A stretch of 64,000 bases of DNA from an uncultured Chloroflexia bacterium (lineage in GTDB: Bacteria; Chloroflexota; Limnocylindria; Limnocylindrales; CSP1-4). A program made the position numbers and the translations under genes. This document shows, piece by piece, positions 13,160 through 22,970 of this stretch (position 1 is the stretch's first letter; the number at the start of each line of letters is the position of its first letter). The notes below the pieces were generated by a model that saw only the letters and a program-made list of their open reading frames with translations, did no database searches and had not been told where the DNA came from. Location: contig CAVRKQ010000001.1 of assembly GCA_963722105.1 (NCBI GenBank), forward strand, positions 13,686 to 77,685, given 5' to 3'.

Positions 13160-14302
13160 CTAGCGATAGGGGATGAACTGCGCCCCCTGCTCCGACCTCG
13201 CGAGGTCGCGAAGGATCACGAGGATGCCTTCCTTGCCGATGATGAAGCTATCGCTGACCAGCTTCGCGGTGTCGACGATCCCGATGGGCGCCCACGTCAA
13301 GCCGTCCAGCGACGCCTGCATGGGCCCTGGTCCGGCGAAGCTGAAGTCGTCGGAGGTGCGATCCCAGGCGACGACCCTAGTGCCGTCGGAGGCGAAGACC
13401 TCCATGACGCTCCGGTCCTCCTGGACGAGGGTCCATGAGCGCCCATCCCCAGACTGCCAATAGCCGTGCTGCGTGACCTCGAACCCGCAACCCGACGGCA
13501 TCCCTGACGCGAAGAGCCCGTCCGCCAGCGGGTAGGCAACATACAGTTCGGCCCCCTTGTCGACCGGTGCTGCCTGCCATGTGATCGCGTCCGCCGACCA
13601 CCACGCCCGCGCCGGCTCGAAGTCGCTGACGGTGCAATCGTCGCCGGTCCCGCTCGACCCGACCGCGACATACCCGTCCGGCGCACGGACGATGTCTCGG
13701 ATGGTTCCCCCTCCGAACGCCGCGGCCTTGGCCTGCCGCCACTCGATCGCGTCCTGCGAGACGAGAACCTGCGGGGCATCCGCGCCGTTGGTCCCCCAGG
13801 CAACGAAACCGCTCGGGTCTGCCGCGATGCCCGACACCATCAGCGCCTGCAGGTCCGGATCGAGCGGCACGATGCGCTCCCATTCGCGCCCATCGCTCGA
13901 GCGCCAGATGAGCGGAGAGCCAGCGTCATCATCGTGATCCGTTCGGCCGTTCCCGAACGCGACGAAGATTTCGCCATTAGTAACCACTTCGCTGACGAGG
14001 GCCAGGTCGAACCCGCCGTCCGGCGACGTCGCCAGCTCCCCGGTTCGGGTGCCGTCAGGCGACGTCCAGATGACCGCCGACGCGAGAGCGCCAGGCGCGC
14101 CGATCCGCTCGCCACCGACGATAAACAAGGAACCGACGGCGAGCCCCGCGAAGAGCCGCGTGGAGCCGGGACCGCCAAAGACGCCGCCAACGATCGGATC
14201 GCGTCCATCGGCGAGCTCGAACGGTCGAGGCGACGGGGCAAGGCTCTCGCACCCTGTGAAGACCATCGCCACGACGACCGCAAGGCACCATCGGCGAGCC
14301 AT
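13160..14302 (-). CDS. Putative lipoprotein with repeated Asp-box/BNR-like SxDGxxW motifs (beta-propeller)
   Basis: MARRWCLAVVVAMVFTG-C lipobox-like; WTSPDG, WRSSDGREW, VSQDAIEW, WSADAITW, WQSGDGRSW, ASLDGLTW; TAGCGT 7 nt before ATG. Confidence 0.7.
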   Translation of the reverse strand: MARRWCLAVVVAMVFTGCESLAPSPRPFELADGRDPIVGGVFGGPGSTRLFAGLAVGSLFIVGGERIGAPGALASAVIWTSPDGTRTGELATSPDGGFDLALVSEVVTNGEIFVAFGNGRTDHDDDAGSPLIWRSSDGREWERIVPLDPDLQALMVSGIAADPSGFVAWGTNGADAPQVLVSQDAIEWRQAKAAAFGGGTIRDIVRAPDGYVAVGSSGTGDDCTVSDFEPARAWWSADAITWQAAPVDKGAELYVAYPLADGLFASGMPSGCGFEVTQHGYWQSGDGRSWTLVQEDRSVMEVFASDGTRVVAWDRTSDDFSFAGPGPMQASLDGLTWAPIGIVDTAKLVSDSFIIGKEGILVILRDLARSEQGAQFIPYR

Positions 14303-14417
14303 GGCCCAAACGCTAGCGCCGAGGATCGGGCGCGCGATCGCCTGTTTCCCGCGCGGCGGCCGGGGGTGCACCGGTGCAGGAGGCTCGATCGAACCGAGCC
14401 GCGCACCGATCAACGCG

Positions 14418-14896
14418 TCAGCCGGCGGCCTTCTTCACCAGCTCGGCGATGAGCTTCTCGCCGGCGGGGGTCAGCTTCTCCAGCGCCCACGACGTCGGCC
14501 ACATCTCGCCGTCGTCGAGGGCGGCCTGCTCCTCGAAGCCGAAGGTCGGTAGCGCCCGTTGAACTTGGACGCGGCCTTGAAGAAGCAGACGACCTTGCCG
14601 CCCTTGGTGTAAGCGGGCATCCCGTACCAGGTTCGTGAAGCGAGCCCCGGAGCGCTCGACTTCACGATCGCGTGGATCCGCTCGGCAAGCACGCGATCCG
14701 GTCCCGGCATCTCCTTGATCTTCGCGAGAACGTCCGCCTCGCCCTCCGCCGCCGCGTCGGCGGCCGCGGCGCTCCGCCGCTTGGCGGTCTTCAGCTCCTT
14801 GGCGTGCTCCTTCATCGCGTCGATCTCGTCATCCGTCCACTTGCCGGACGCGTCGTTGAGGTCGATCTGGGTGCTCGTCGCGGTCTTCGTTGCCAT
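14418..14896 (-). CDS. DUF1801/YdhG-like protein, one frameshift near 14545
   Basis: [25 protein letters not shown], continuing in another frame as [27 protein letters not shown]. Confidence 0.8.
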
Positions 14897-15028
14897 CGGA
14901 AGGTTCTCCCCTGGGTCGATTTCTTGACTGGTTCGATCCCATCGTAGGCACGCATCGCCCCAGTGGCTTCTCCGAAACTGCTCGAATTCGGGTGCGGTAG
15001 CGCTTGCGTGCCGGACTAGGATCGCGAC

Positions 15029-15315
15029 GTGGCGACGAGGCTTCCGCGCGCGATGTGGGCCGTGCTCTTCGCGGCGTACGCGATCCTGGCGACGGGCCTT
15101 TTCGTCGTTGGTCGAACGCAGGTCCGCCGTCCATCGCCGGGTCCGGGACCGCCCCCGACATCCAGCAGCGGTGCTACGAGAGCTGGCTCCAGACCCGCGG
15201 GCTCGGGCTCCAGCTGCTCAATTCGCCAATCCCCGCGGTCGCGCTCCTGGTCGCGCTCGTGGCGATCACGGCCTGGATTACCCGCGTTCGAATCGGGACC
15301 GCGCCTCAGCCATAG
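15029..15315 (+). CDS. Small hypothetical membrane protein, probable frameshift near 15125
   Basis: TAGGAT 6 nt before GTG; two hydrophobic segments in two frames ([20 protein letters not shown]; [17 protein letters not shown]). Confidence 0.45.
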
Positions 15316-16289
15316 ACCTCGGGGTTGACCGGCGTCGGGAGGCGGTCGCCGCGGATGCCGGCGAGCAGGTTCGCCGCGGCCATCGAGGCCATCTTGCCGC
15401 GGGTCGCGCGCGAGGCCGAGGCGATGTGCGGCACGACGAGGCAGTTGTCGAGGCCGACGAGCGGATGGTCGACCGGCAGCGGCTCGGGGTCGGTGACGTC
15501 GAGCGCGGCCGCGGCGATGGTGCCGTCCCGCAGGGCGTCGACGAGCGCCATCGAATCGACGACCGGGCCACGCGACGTGTTCACGAGCACGGCGGTCGGC
15601 TTCATCCAGCCGAGGCGCTCGGCGTTGATGAGGCCCTTCGTCTCGGGGCTGAGGACCGTGTGCAGCGAGACGAAGTCCGACTCGGCCAGCAGCCCCTCGA
15701 GGGTCATGTAGGTGGCGTCGAACTCCGCCTCGACGGACTTCGGCACGCGCTGGAGGTCGTGGTAGACGATCCGCATCCCGAAGCCCTTCGCGCGCCTCGC
15801 CACCGCCTGCCCGATCCGCCCGAACCCGACGATCCCGATCGTCGCGCCATGGACGTCCGGGCCCATCAGGAGCATCGGTCCCCAGGTCTTCCACTTGCCG
15901 TCGCGGACATACCGGTCGCCCTCCACGAGCCGCCGCGCGGCGGCCATCAGGAGCGCCCAGGCGAGGTCCGCGGTCGTCTCCGTGAGGACGCCCGGCGTGT
16001 TGCCGACGGGGAGCTTCCTGCGCGTGCAGGCAGGGACATCGATGTTGTCGAACCCGACCGCGAAGTTCGAGACGACCTTCAGCTGCGGGCCGGCCGCATC
16101 AAGGAGCTCGTCGTCGACCCGATCGGTGAGGAGGGTCAGGATCCCCTCGCAGCCCTGGACGGCGCGGAGGAGGTCGTCGCGCGGAGGCGGCAGGTCGCCC
16201 TCCCAGACCGTCGCGTCGGTGGCCTCGCGGACGCGCGCGAGACCCTCCTCCGGGATGATGCGCGAGACGAAGACCTTCGGCTTGGCCAT
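15306..16289 (-). CDS. D-2-hydroxyacid dehydrogenase (glyoxylate/hydroxypyruvate reductase-like)
   Basis: [54 protein letters not shown]. Confidence 0.93.
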   Translation of the reverse strand: MAKPKVFVSRIIPEEGLARVREATDATVWEGDLPPPRDDLLRAVQGCEGILTLLTDRVDDELLDAAGPQLKVVSNFAVGFDNIDVPACTRRKLPVGNTPGVLTETTADLAWALLMAAARRLVEGDRYVRDGKWKTWGPMLLMGPDVHGATIGIVGFGRIGQAVARRAKGFGMRIVYHDLQRVPKSVEAEFDATYMTLEGLLAESDFVSLHTVLSPETKGLINAERLGWMKPTAVLVNTSRGPVVDSMALVDALRDGTIAAAALDVTDPEPLPVDHPLVGLDNCLVVPHIASASRATRGKMASMAAANLLAGIRGDRLPTPVNPEVYG

Positions 16290-16309
16290 GTCGTCGCGCG
16301 ACCGCCGGG

Positions 16310-17491
16310 TCAGGCGGGCGTCGCGGCGCCGGACGCCACGAACGAGCGGATGCGGCGCAGGGCCTCGGTGAGATTCTCGCGGGAGTTGGCGTACGAGATC
16401 CGGATGTGGTTGCCACCGACCCCGCCGAAGGCCGTGCCCGCGAGCACGCAGACGCCGGCCTCGTAGAGCAGCTTGTCGGCGAGCTCCGCGCCCGTCATGC
16501 CCGTCTCGGAGATGTCCGGGAAGACGTAGAACGCGCCCTGCGGCCGGAGGCAGTCGAAGCCCGGGATCTCGTTCAGCCCGTCGACGATGAGGTCCCGGCG
16601 CGCGCGGAACTCCGCGACCATCGCGTCGACCTCGTCCTGCGGCCCGCGCAGCGCCTCGATCGCGCCGGCCTGGGCGAACGCCGTCACCCCGGAGATCGTG
16701 TTGATGATCAGCTGACCGTACGCCTTGACCAGCCAGTCGGGCACCACCGCGTAGCCCATCCGCCAGCCGGTCATCGCGTAGGTCTTCGAGAAGCCGTCGA
16801 GGGTGATCGTCCGGTCGGCCATGCCGTCGAGCGAGGCGATCGAGACGTGCTCCGCGCCGTCGTACAGGATCCGCGCGTAGATCTCGTCGGACAGCACGAC
16901 GAGGTCGTGGCGCTGCGCGAGCTCGGCGATCCGCTCGATGTCGCTCCGGGTCAGGACGCCGCCCGTCGGGTTCGCCGGCGAGTTGAGCAGAGCAGCTTCG
17001 TCCGCGGCGTGATCAGGGAGGCCAGCTCGTCGACGTCGAGCCGGAAGTCGTTCGCCTGGCGGATCGGGATCGGGACGGGCGTGCCGCCGACGAAGCGGGT
17101 GATCGACTCGTAGATCGGGTAGCCCGGGTCCGGCACGATCACCTCGTCGCCGGGGTCGACCAGGGCCATGATCGCGTAGACCATCACGCCCTTGCCGCCG
17201 ACGGTCACGAAGACGTTCTCCGGCTTGACGGCGAACCCGCGCCGGGCCGTCGTGTCGTCGGCGATCGCCGCGCGCAGGTCGGGCAGGCCCGGCGTAGGGC
17301 GGGTAGTGGGTCAGGCCCTCGTCGAGGGCCTTCTTGGCCGCCTCGCGGACGTTCGCCGGGGTGTCGAAGTCGGGCTCGCCGATCTGGAGGTAGACGATGT
17401 CCTTGCCGGTGGCTGCGAGCGCCCGCGCGCGGGCGGAGACCTCGAAGGCGGTTTCCGTGCCGATCGAATCCATCCGGGCGGCCGTTTTCAT
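16310..17491 (-). CDS. Class I/II PLP-dependent aminotransferase (aspartate aminotransferase-like), two compensating indels
   Basis: [55 protein letters not shown]. Confidence 0.92.
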   Translation of the reverse strand: MKTAARMDSIGTETAFEVSARARALAATGKDIVYLQIGEPDFDTPANVREAAKKALDEGLTHYPPYAGPARPARGDRRRHDGPARVRRQAGERLRDRRRQGRDGLRDHGPGRPRRRGDRAGPGLPDLRVDHPLRRRHARPDPDPPGERLPARRRRAGLPDHAADEAALLNSPANPTGGVLTRSDIERIAELAQRHDLVVLSDEIYARILYDGAEHVSIASLDGMADRTITLDGFSKTYAMTGWRMGYAVVPDWLVKAYGQLIINTISGVTAFAQAGAIEALRGPQDEVDAMVAEFRARRDLIVDGLNEIPGFDCLRPQGAFYVFPDISETGMTGAELADKLLYEAGVCVLAGTAFGGVGGNHIRISYANSRENLTEALRRIRSFVASGAATPA

Positions 17492-17523
17492 GGCCTACAG
17501 CATAGGGTCGCCTAAAATGGCGG

Positions 17524-17967
17524 GTGACGCGCTACTACGCGATCGACGAGGCCAACGCCGCCGTGCCCGAGGTCGAGCGAATCCTCGCCGCGCTGCGCGA
17601 CCAGCGGGAGGAGCTGATCGCGCTCCGCGACCGCGTGGTCGCCGCCTCCCCGCCGGACGACGAGACACCGACGCCCGGCGCCGCCGAGAAGGTCCGACTG
17701 CTGCGCCTCGGGATGCAGGGCCTCATCGACCAGATGCAGGCGGGCGTGGCCCGCCTGGTCGAGATGGACATCACGCTGCGCGACATCTCGTCGGGGCTGA
17801 TCGACTTCCCGGCGCTGTTCAGCGGCCGCCCGATCTGGCTGTGCTGGCGGCTGGGCGAGGGGGCGGTCGAGCACTGGCATCCGCACGACGAGGGCTTCGA
17901 CACTCGCCGCCCGCTGGGCGAGCTCCCCACCGGCCTCGGCCGCGGCTCCGGCACGCCCGCGGCCTGA
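17524..17967 (+). CDS. DUF2203-like protein
   Basis: YAIDEANAAVP..LRDISSGLIDFP..IWLCWRLGE..HWH..EGFDTRRP. Confidence 0.8.
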   Translation: MTRYYAIDEANAAVPEVERILAALRDQREELIALRDRVVAASPPDDETPTPGAAEKVRLLRLGMQGLIDQMQAGVARLVEMDITLRDISSGLIDFPALFSGRPIWLCWRLGEGAVEHWHPHDEGFDTRRPLGELPTGLGRGSGTPAA

Positions 17968-18178
17968 CCGGCCCCGGGCCGTGGCCGCGCTCGCGGCCCG
18001 CACGCAAGGGCCGGCGGCCAATCTCCATCCAATGTTCGATGGGACCGGCGAGCACCCTCGATGGTCGCTCCTCGGTCCCGTCGAACGTGGCATGCACGGC
18101 AGGACCGGCAAAGGCGTCGATCGGCAGCTGTCCGGGCTCTACGAGGGCGCGATCGAACGTGCCGTGCACGATTCACCG

Positions 18179-18599
18179 ATGAGTGAGCCCAAATCCAGGT
18201 GGGGTCCGCGAGGACGATCCTCCAGGGCGGGCGCGCGAAGGCCTACCGACCGATCCCGGCTGCGAAGCGGCAGGCGGCCCTCGCGCGGGGCTCGACGCCT
18301 ACGACCGCGGCGACTGGTTCCTCGCCCACGAGCTGCTCGAGCCGGCGTGGATGGGGACGGAGGACCTCGCCGAGCGCGAGCTGCTCCAGGGACTGATCAA
18401 GCTGGCCGCGGCGTTCGTCCACGGCGCCCGATCGAATCCCGCGGGCGTGGCCAAGAACCTCCGCGGCGCGCGGGACCGGCTCGTCGCGGGTCGGGCCGCC
18501 GGCGCGAAGCTGGGCGTCGACGCGGAGGAGCTGATCGAGCGCGTGGATGGGTGGCTTGCGGCGCCGGGCGGCCCGGCGATCGAGATCCCGCGGCGTTAG
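18179..18599 (+). CDS. DUF309-like protein, frameshifted N-terminus
   Basis: GLDAYDRGDWFLAHELLEPAW..LQGLIKLAAAFVH. Confidence 0.8.
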
Positions 18600-18894
18600 A
18601 CCCTGCGCTGCACGCCGTATGTGCAAATTCGAGGCGAGGCCGACCGCCAGGGCAATCCAACGACCTACCGAAGGGATCCTGCACGCCTATCGCGTGCTCG
18701 GGTCGCGCCTCACGAGCTCGACCTGCCGGCACTGCGGCGGCGCCGAGGTGCTCGGAGGACGCTTGAGGCCATCTTTGTGCCGGAAATGATCATGGGGCGT
18801 GCAGCCCGAGCGCCAAGGGCAGCAATGGGGCGATGGGGCCGGAAATCGGGCGCCGCACGACCGCGGGCACCACGCGGTGCCCCAAGAAGAGGAG

Positions 18895-19045
18895 GGCTAG
18901 GCCGGAGGCGGCGCCGGCGAGAAGCCGGCTAGGCCGGAGGCGGCGCCTGCGAGAAGCCGGCTAGGCCGGAGGCGGCGCCGGCGAGAGCCGGCTAGGCGAG
19001 GCGGAGGCGGCGCCGGCGAGAAGCCGGCTAGGCCGGAGGCGGGGC
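18895..19045. repeat. Tandem repeat, about 4.5 copies of 32-nt GGCTAGGCCGGAGGCGGCGCCGGCGAGAAGCC
   Basis: Units start at 18895, 18927, 18959, 18990 and 19026 (partial); no spacers; last copy contains the Kelch gene stop. Confidence 0.95.
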
Positions 19046-20582
19046 CTGCGCTTCCTTGCGTGCCTTGCGGCGCTCCCACCAGCCGCGGATCAATTCCTTG
19101 TGGTTGAACGCCCAGCCGATCGCGACGAGGACCACGAAGTTGCCCGTGCCGACGCCCGCGGCGGCCAGGTAGCCGAGCTGCTGGCCGATCTCCCCGCCGA
19201 TCTGGAGCGCCGGGCACGACCACGCCGACGAGGCCGAGCCGGAAGAACGGCTCCTCGGGCGCGAGGCTGGCCCGGTACGACGTCGCGAGCGCGCCGGATC
19301 CCGCGTCTCCACCGAGGAGGAAGACGGTCGAGCCGCTGACCACGACCGCCGCGTTCTCCGAGCCCTTGCGGGAGGTCGGTCGCGTCGAGGTGGTGCCACC
19401 CGCCGGGCAGGTCGCCCGTCGCGTCCGGGAGGGCCCAGTAGAGCTCGCGCTTCGGCGACGTGCCGTCCGAGCCGCCGACGAGGTAGAGGGCGCCATTGGC
19501 CGCGAACCCGGCGCCGCGGTGCGCGCCCCGGGGAGGTTGAGCGCGTCGCTGACCGTCCACTTGACGACGCCCTGGGGCGCCTCGCCGCTCGCGGCGGGCG
19601 GGGTGCGGCCGGCGAGGGTGCCGCGCTCGTACCGGGCGCCGGGCTGCCCGTCGCGCGGAAGCGCGCCGTAGTCGGCGCGCTGGACCGCCACCGACCGCGC
19701 CGTTGGCGTCGGAGCCGCCGTAGACCCAGAGGAACGTGCCCTCGAGCGCGATGTCCGCGTCGGCGACCGGGAACGCGAGGGCGGGCTGCTCCTTGAACTC
19801 CTGAGGAAGCCCGCGTCGTCGAGGGTCGACTTCCACACGGTGGAGGTCGGCTGGCCGTCGGGTCCGCGCCCGCCGGCGACGATGATCCCGTCGGTCACCG
19901 CGACCACCGCCGCACCGGAGCGAGGCTCGGGCAGCGTGACGTGGCCGCGTCTTCGCCATCCCCGTCCTCGAGCTCGGCCCAGGTCCCGAGCGCGCTCGTG
20001 TCCGGGTCGAGCCCGATGAACCAGACGGTGTCGGTCGGGGCGCCGTCGGGGCCGAGGCCGCCGACCAGGTAGGCCGTGCCGCTGAGCGTCGTGATCCCGG
20101 CGTCGGCGCGGCCCTCGGGCAGCGCCGGGCCCTCGGCCCACGCGCCGAGGGTGCCCGACGTCGATCGTGGCCACGTAGGTCGTCGCGGACGGAGCGGCGC
20201 CGTCGGTGCTGTCCGTCCCGCCGATGTAGAGCAGGTTCTTGCCGAGCTGGGCGGCGGCGCCGTTCGTCCGCGGCTGCGGCAGGGACACCTCGGTCGGCGA
20301 CGCCTGCCACGGGACGACGCCGCCGACCGGGACCGGGCAGGGCATCGCCGTGCCGTTCTCCGGCGGGCAGAGGTTGACCGGCGACCAGCCGAGGATCCCG
20401 AGATCGATCGTCCGCGAGACGACGAAGTAGTAGGCGCGGTCCGGGACGTAGCCGAGGGCCATGATGATCACGAGCAGCCAGAAGAAGGCCTTCGTGAACG
20501 CCCAGCCCCAGCCCTCGCTGTCGAACAGCCCGAACAGCGAGCGGCGATGGACCGGTCGACCTGCGGGCAGCGCCTTGGCCAT
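19028..20582 (-). CDS. Membrane-anchored Kelch-repeat protein, several frameshifts
   Basis: N- and C-terminal TM segments; Kelch-like units LPQPR..LLYIGG, AYLVGG, LPEPR..IIVAGG, LWVYGG, LYLVGG, VFLLGG with W spacers; starts 2 nt after the cyt c stop. Confidence 0.75.
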
Positions 20583-20584
20583 CG

Positions 20585-21649
20585 CTACTTGACCGTCAGC
20601 GTGCCGGTCATCGCCGGGATCGGGTGGACCGAGCAGATGAACGTGTACGTCCCCGGCTCCAGGGCCGTGAACTGGTAGTTGGCCTCGGCCGGCGCGGTGA
20701 TCGGGGTCTGATCCTGCAGCGGTGGCGTCGTCGCCGGATCCGATCGGATGTCGACGTCGTGGGACTGGCCGTCGTCGGTGTTGTTGAAGTGGATGACGAA
20801 GGGCGTGTCGGCGTCGACCGTCAGCTCGGTCTTGTCGAAGGCGAGGACGCCGCCGGTCCCGAGCTCGAGGACGGGCGCGCTCGGGTCAATCGAAGCGGGC
20901 GGCGCGGGCGTCCCGGCGGGGCCGCTGTGGCAGTCCGGTACGGGCGTCGCGCTCGGCTCGGGCTTGAACTCTGTGTCGCGCCAGCCCTTGAACGTCTCGA
21001 CGTTGCCGTCGGCATCGAGGACCGGCTCGTTCAGCTCCGGGTCGCGCTTCTGGTACTCCTGCGTGGAGGGCGCGCGGATGAACGCGATCAGGTCCTCGAT
21101 CTGGACATAGTTCAGCGGGCCGCCGTTCTCCTCGGCCCAGACAGGCATGAGGCTCTTGGGGTTGCCGCAGACGTACCGGCCGCCGGCGACGAGGACGTTG
21201 TGGATGTACTGCTCGTTGAGGTGCTGGAAGAGCTTCATCTGGTCGTTCAGGACCGGGCCGACGCCGCCCTCGCCGTTGACCCCGTGGCAGCGCGCGCAGT
21301 TGGCCTGGTAGAGGTTGTAGCCGCGCTCGACGGCGGTCACCTGCTGGAGCTCGTCCTGGGCCTCCAGGCGAGGCTTGCTGAGGTCGAGGGGCAGGCCCAG
21401 CTCGTAGAAGTAGTAGATGATCACGAACAGGGCGACGACGACGAGCCCGAGGAACGCCACCCACCGCGCGTCACCCGACTGGCGGACGATCTTGGCGGCG
21501 CGCTCCGAGGTCAGGCCTGCGATGGCCCGGGTCTGGCGGGGCGCGGTGAAGCGCTCAACAGGGCGAGTGGGAACCTCCCCTTCCGGTCGGCGCGCGGGGA
21601 GCGGCCGCTCCGGCCGGCCGCCGGGCCGGTCGCCTGGTTGGTCGGTCAT
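20585..21649 (-). CDS. Membrane-anchored monoheme cytochrome c fused to a C-terminal cupredoxin
   Basis: TM helix, CARCH, distal LMP Met; type-1 Cu ligands HDVDI..YTFICSVHPIPAM; ATG 21649 overlaps the Rieske TGA. Confidence 0.88.
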   Translation of the reverse strand: MTDQPGDRPGGRPERPLPARRPEGEVPTRPVERFTAPRQTRAIAGLTSERAAKIVRQSGDARWVAFLGLVVVALFVIIYYFYELGLPLDLSKPRLEAQDELQQVTAVERGYNLYQANCARCHGVNGEGGVGPVLNDQMKLFQHLNEQYIHNVLVAGGRYVCGNPKSLMPVWAEENGGPLNYVQIEDLIAFIRAPSTQEYQKRDPELNEPVLDADGNVETFKGWRDTEFKPEPSATPVPDCHSGPAGTPAPPASIDPSAPVLELGTGGVLAFDKTELTVDADTPFVIHFNNTDDGQSHDVDIRSDPATTPPLQDQTPITAPAEANYQFTALEPGTYTFICSVHPIPAMTGTLTVK

Positions 21650-22321
21650 ATGCAGCCGACAGGGCTCTTCGGGGGGATGATCCCGGGCTGGCCGACCGCC
21701 ACCGGGAGCGGGCCGAGGGTGATCTGCGACGTATCGATCGTCAGCTTCCCGTCGGCCGCGACCTTGATCGCGAAGCGGTCCATGCTCCGCGGCGCAGGGC
21801 CGTACTGGGCGCCCTGGGCCTTGATCCCGAGCCGGTCGTAGCGCGATCCGTGGCAGGGGCACTCCAGCCAGTAGTTCTTGAGGCACGGGTTCGGCTTGCA
21901 GCCGAGGTGCGGGCAGCGCTGGTACAGCGCGCGCACGTTCAGCGCGGTCCCGTCGCCCTCGGTGTCCTCGCCCGGGACGAACTCCTGGCGGGACGGTATC
22001 GACCAGCACGACGTACGCGCGGGCCTGCTGGTAGTAGGCGGGGAAACCACTGGCAAACGGGATCGACGTGTTCTGGGCCTTGATGTCGTCGATCGTCCCG
22101 ATCTCGATCTCGCTGCCGAAGCCGCCCTTCTGGTTCGGCCACAGGAAGCCGATGGAGCCGAAGGTCACCTCCGTGATCCAGAGGAGGGCCGCGCCGCCGA
22201 TGGAGCGGCGGAGGAGCGTCCTGCGCGAGATCCCCTGGACCGGGTCCTGGCGCAGCGAGCGCAGGGCCTGCGGCGTCAGGGCCTGGGGCTTGTCGGCGGG
22301 CGCGAGGTGGTAGTTGCTCAT
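21646..22321 (-). CDS. petC: Rieske [2Fe-2S] protein of Rieske/cytochrome b complex, one frameshift near 21995
   Basis: Tat-like SRRTLL plus TM helix; CPHLGC and CPCHGSRY. Confidence 0.9.
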
Positions 22322-22340
22322 CGGTCGATCACAGGCTGCA

Positions 22341-22967
22341 TCACAGGGCGAAGTGGAGGCCGTTGGTGAAGTTGTCGAAGAACGGCAGGTATGGCGTCAC
22401 CAGGGAGTACCCGGGTCCGCGGAAGAACACGGCCACGAAGGTGACCATGAGGCCGAGGCCGCACAGGAGCGTGAACAGCAGCACGGCGGTCTTGCGCTCG
22501 GCGGGGCGCCTCGCCTCGGGGTTCGAGCGGTCGATGTACGGCAGGACCATCGCGCCGACGAGGATGTACAGGAACGGCACGAGCACGCCGGAGATCACCG
22601 GGTGGAAGTAGGCCAGCAGCTCCTGGAGCCCCAGCAGGTACCACGGCGCCTTCGCCACCGGCGGGGTCACGTTGCCGTTCGCCAGCTCCTCGAGCGGCGC
22701 ATTGATGAACAGCCCCATGAGCAGCAGGAAGATGCTCATGACGATCGCCGCGAGGAACTCGATCGACAGGAGGTGCGGCCAGGTCATGACCGTGTCGTCG
22801 GGCTCCTTCTGGACCCGGACGACGGCGTCCTGCTTGACCATCGCGAGCAGCCGGTACGGCCGCGCGGACATCGGGACGCGCTGCTTGTCGATCTCCGTCC
22901 GCCGCGTCGGATCGACGGGCAGGACGACGCGCGACTCCAGCTTCTCGTCGGTCGGTCGGTCAGCCAT
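22341..22967 (-). CDS. petD: Cytochrome b6f subunit IV-like protein (C-terminal half of a split cytochrome b)
   Basis: TWPHLLSIE, APLEELAN..TP..AKAPWYLLGLQELL, LPYIDR; three TM helices. Confidence 0.82.
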   Translation of the reverse strand: MADRPTDEKLESRVVLPVDPTRRTEIDKQRVPMSARPYRLLAMVKQDAVVRVQKEPDDTVMTWPHLLSIEFLAAIVMSIFLLLMGLFINAPLEELANGNVTPPVAKAPWYLLGLQELLAYFHPVISGVLVPFLYILVGAMVLPYIDRSNPEARRPAERKTAVLLFTLLCGLGLMVTFVAVFFRGPGYSLVTPYLPFFDNFTNGLHFAL

Positions 22968-22970
22968 GGC

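Noticed and set aside
14926-14945. GGTTCGATCCC as the missing T-arm of the truncated tRNA
   Set aside because: Wrong strand and side, with no matching T-stem or acceptor stem
18895-19045. 32-nt repeats as a CRISPR array
   Set aside because: Units are head-to-tail with no unique spacers, there are no cas genes, and the unit derives from a gene end
20585-22321. 578-aa Rieske-N/cytochrome c fusion in the ORF track
   Set aside because: Produced by one indel near 21995; the Rieske motifs lie in another frame ending at an ATGA overlap with the cyt c start
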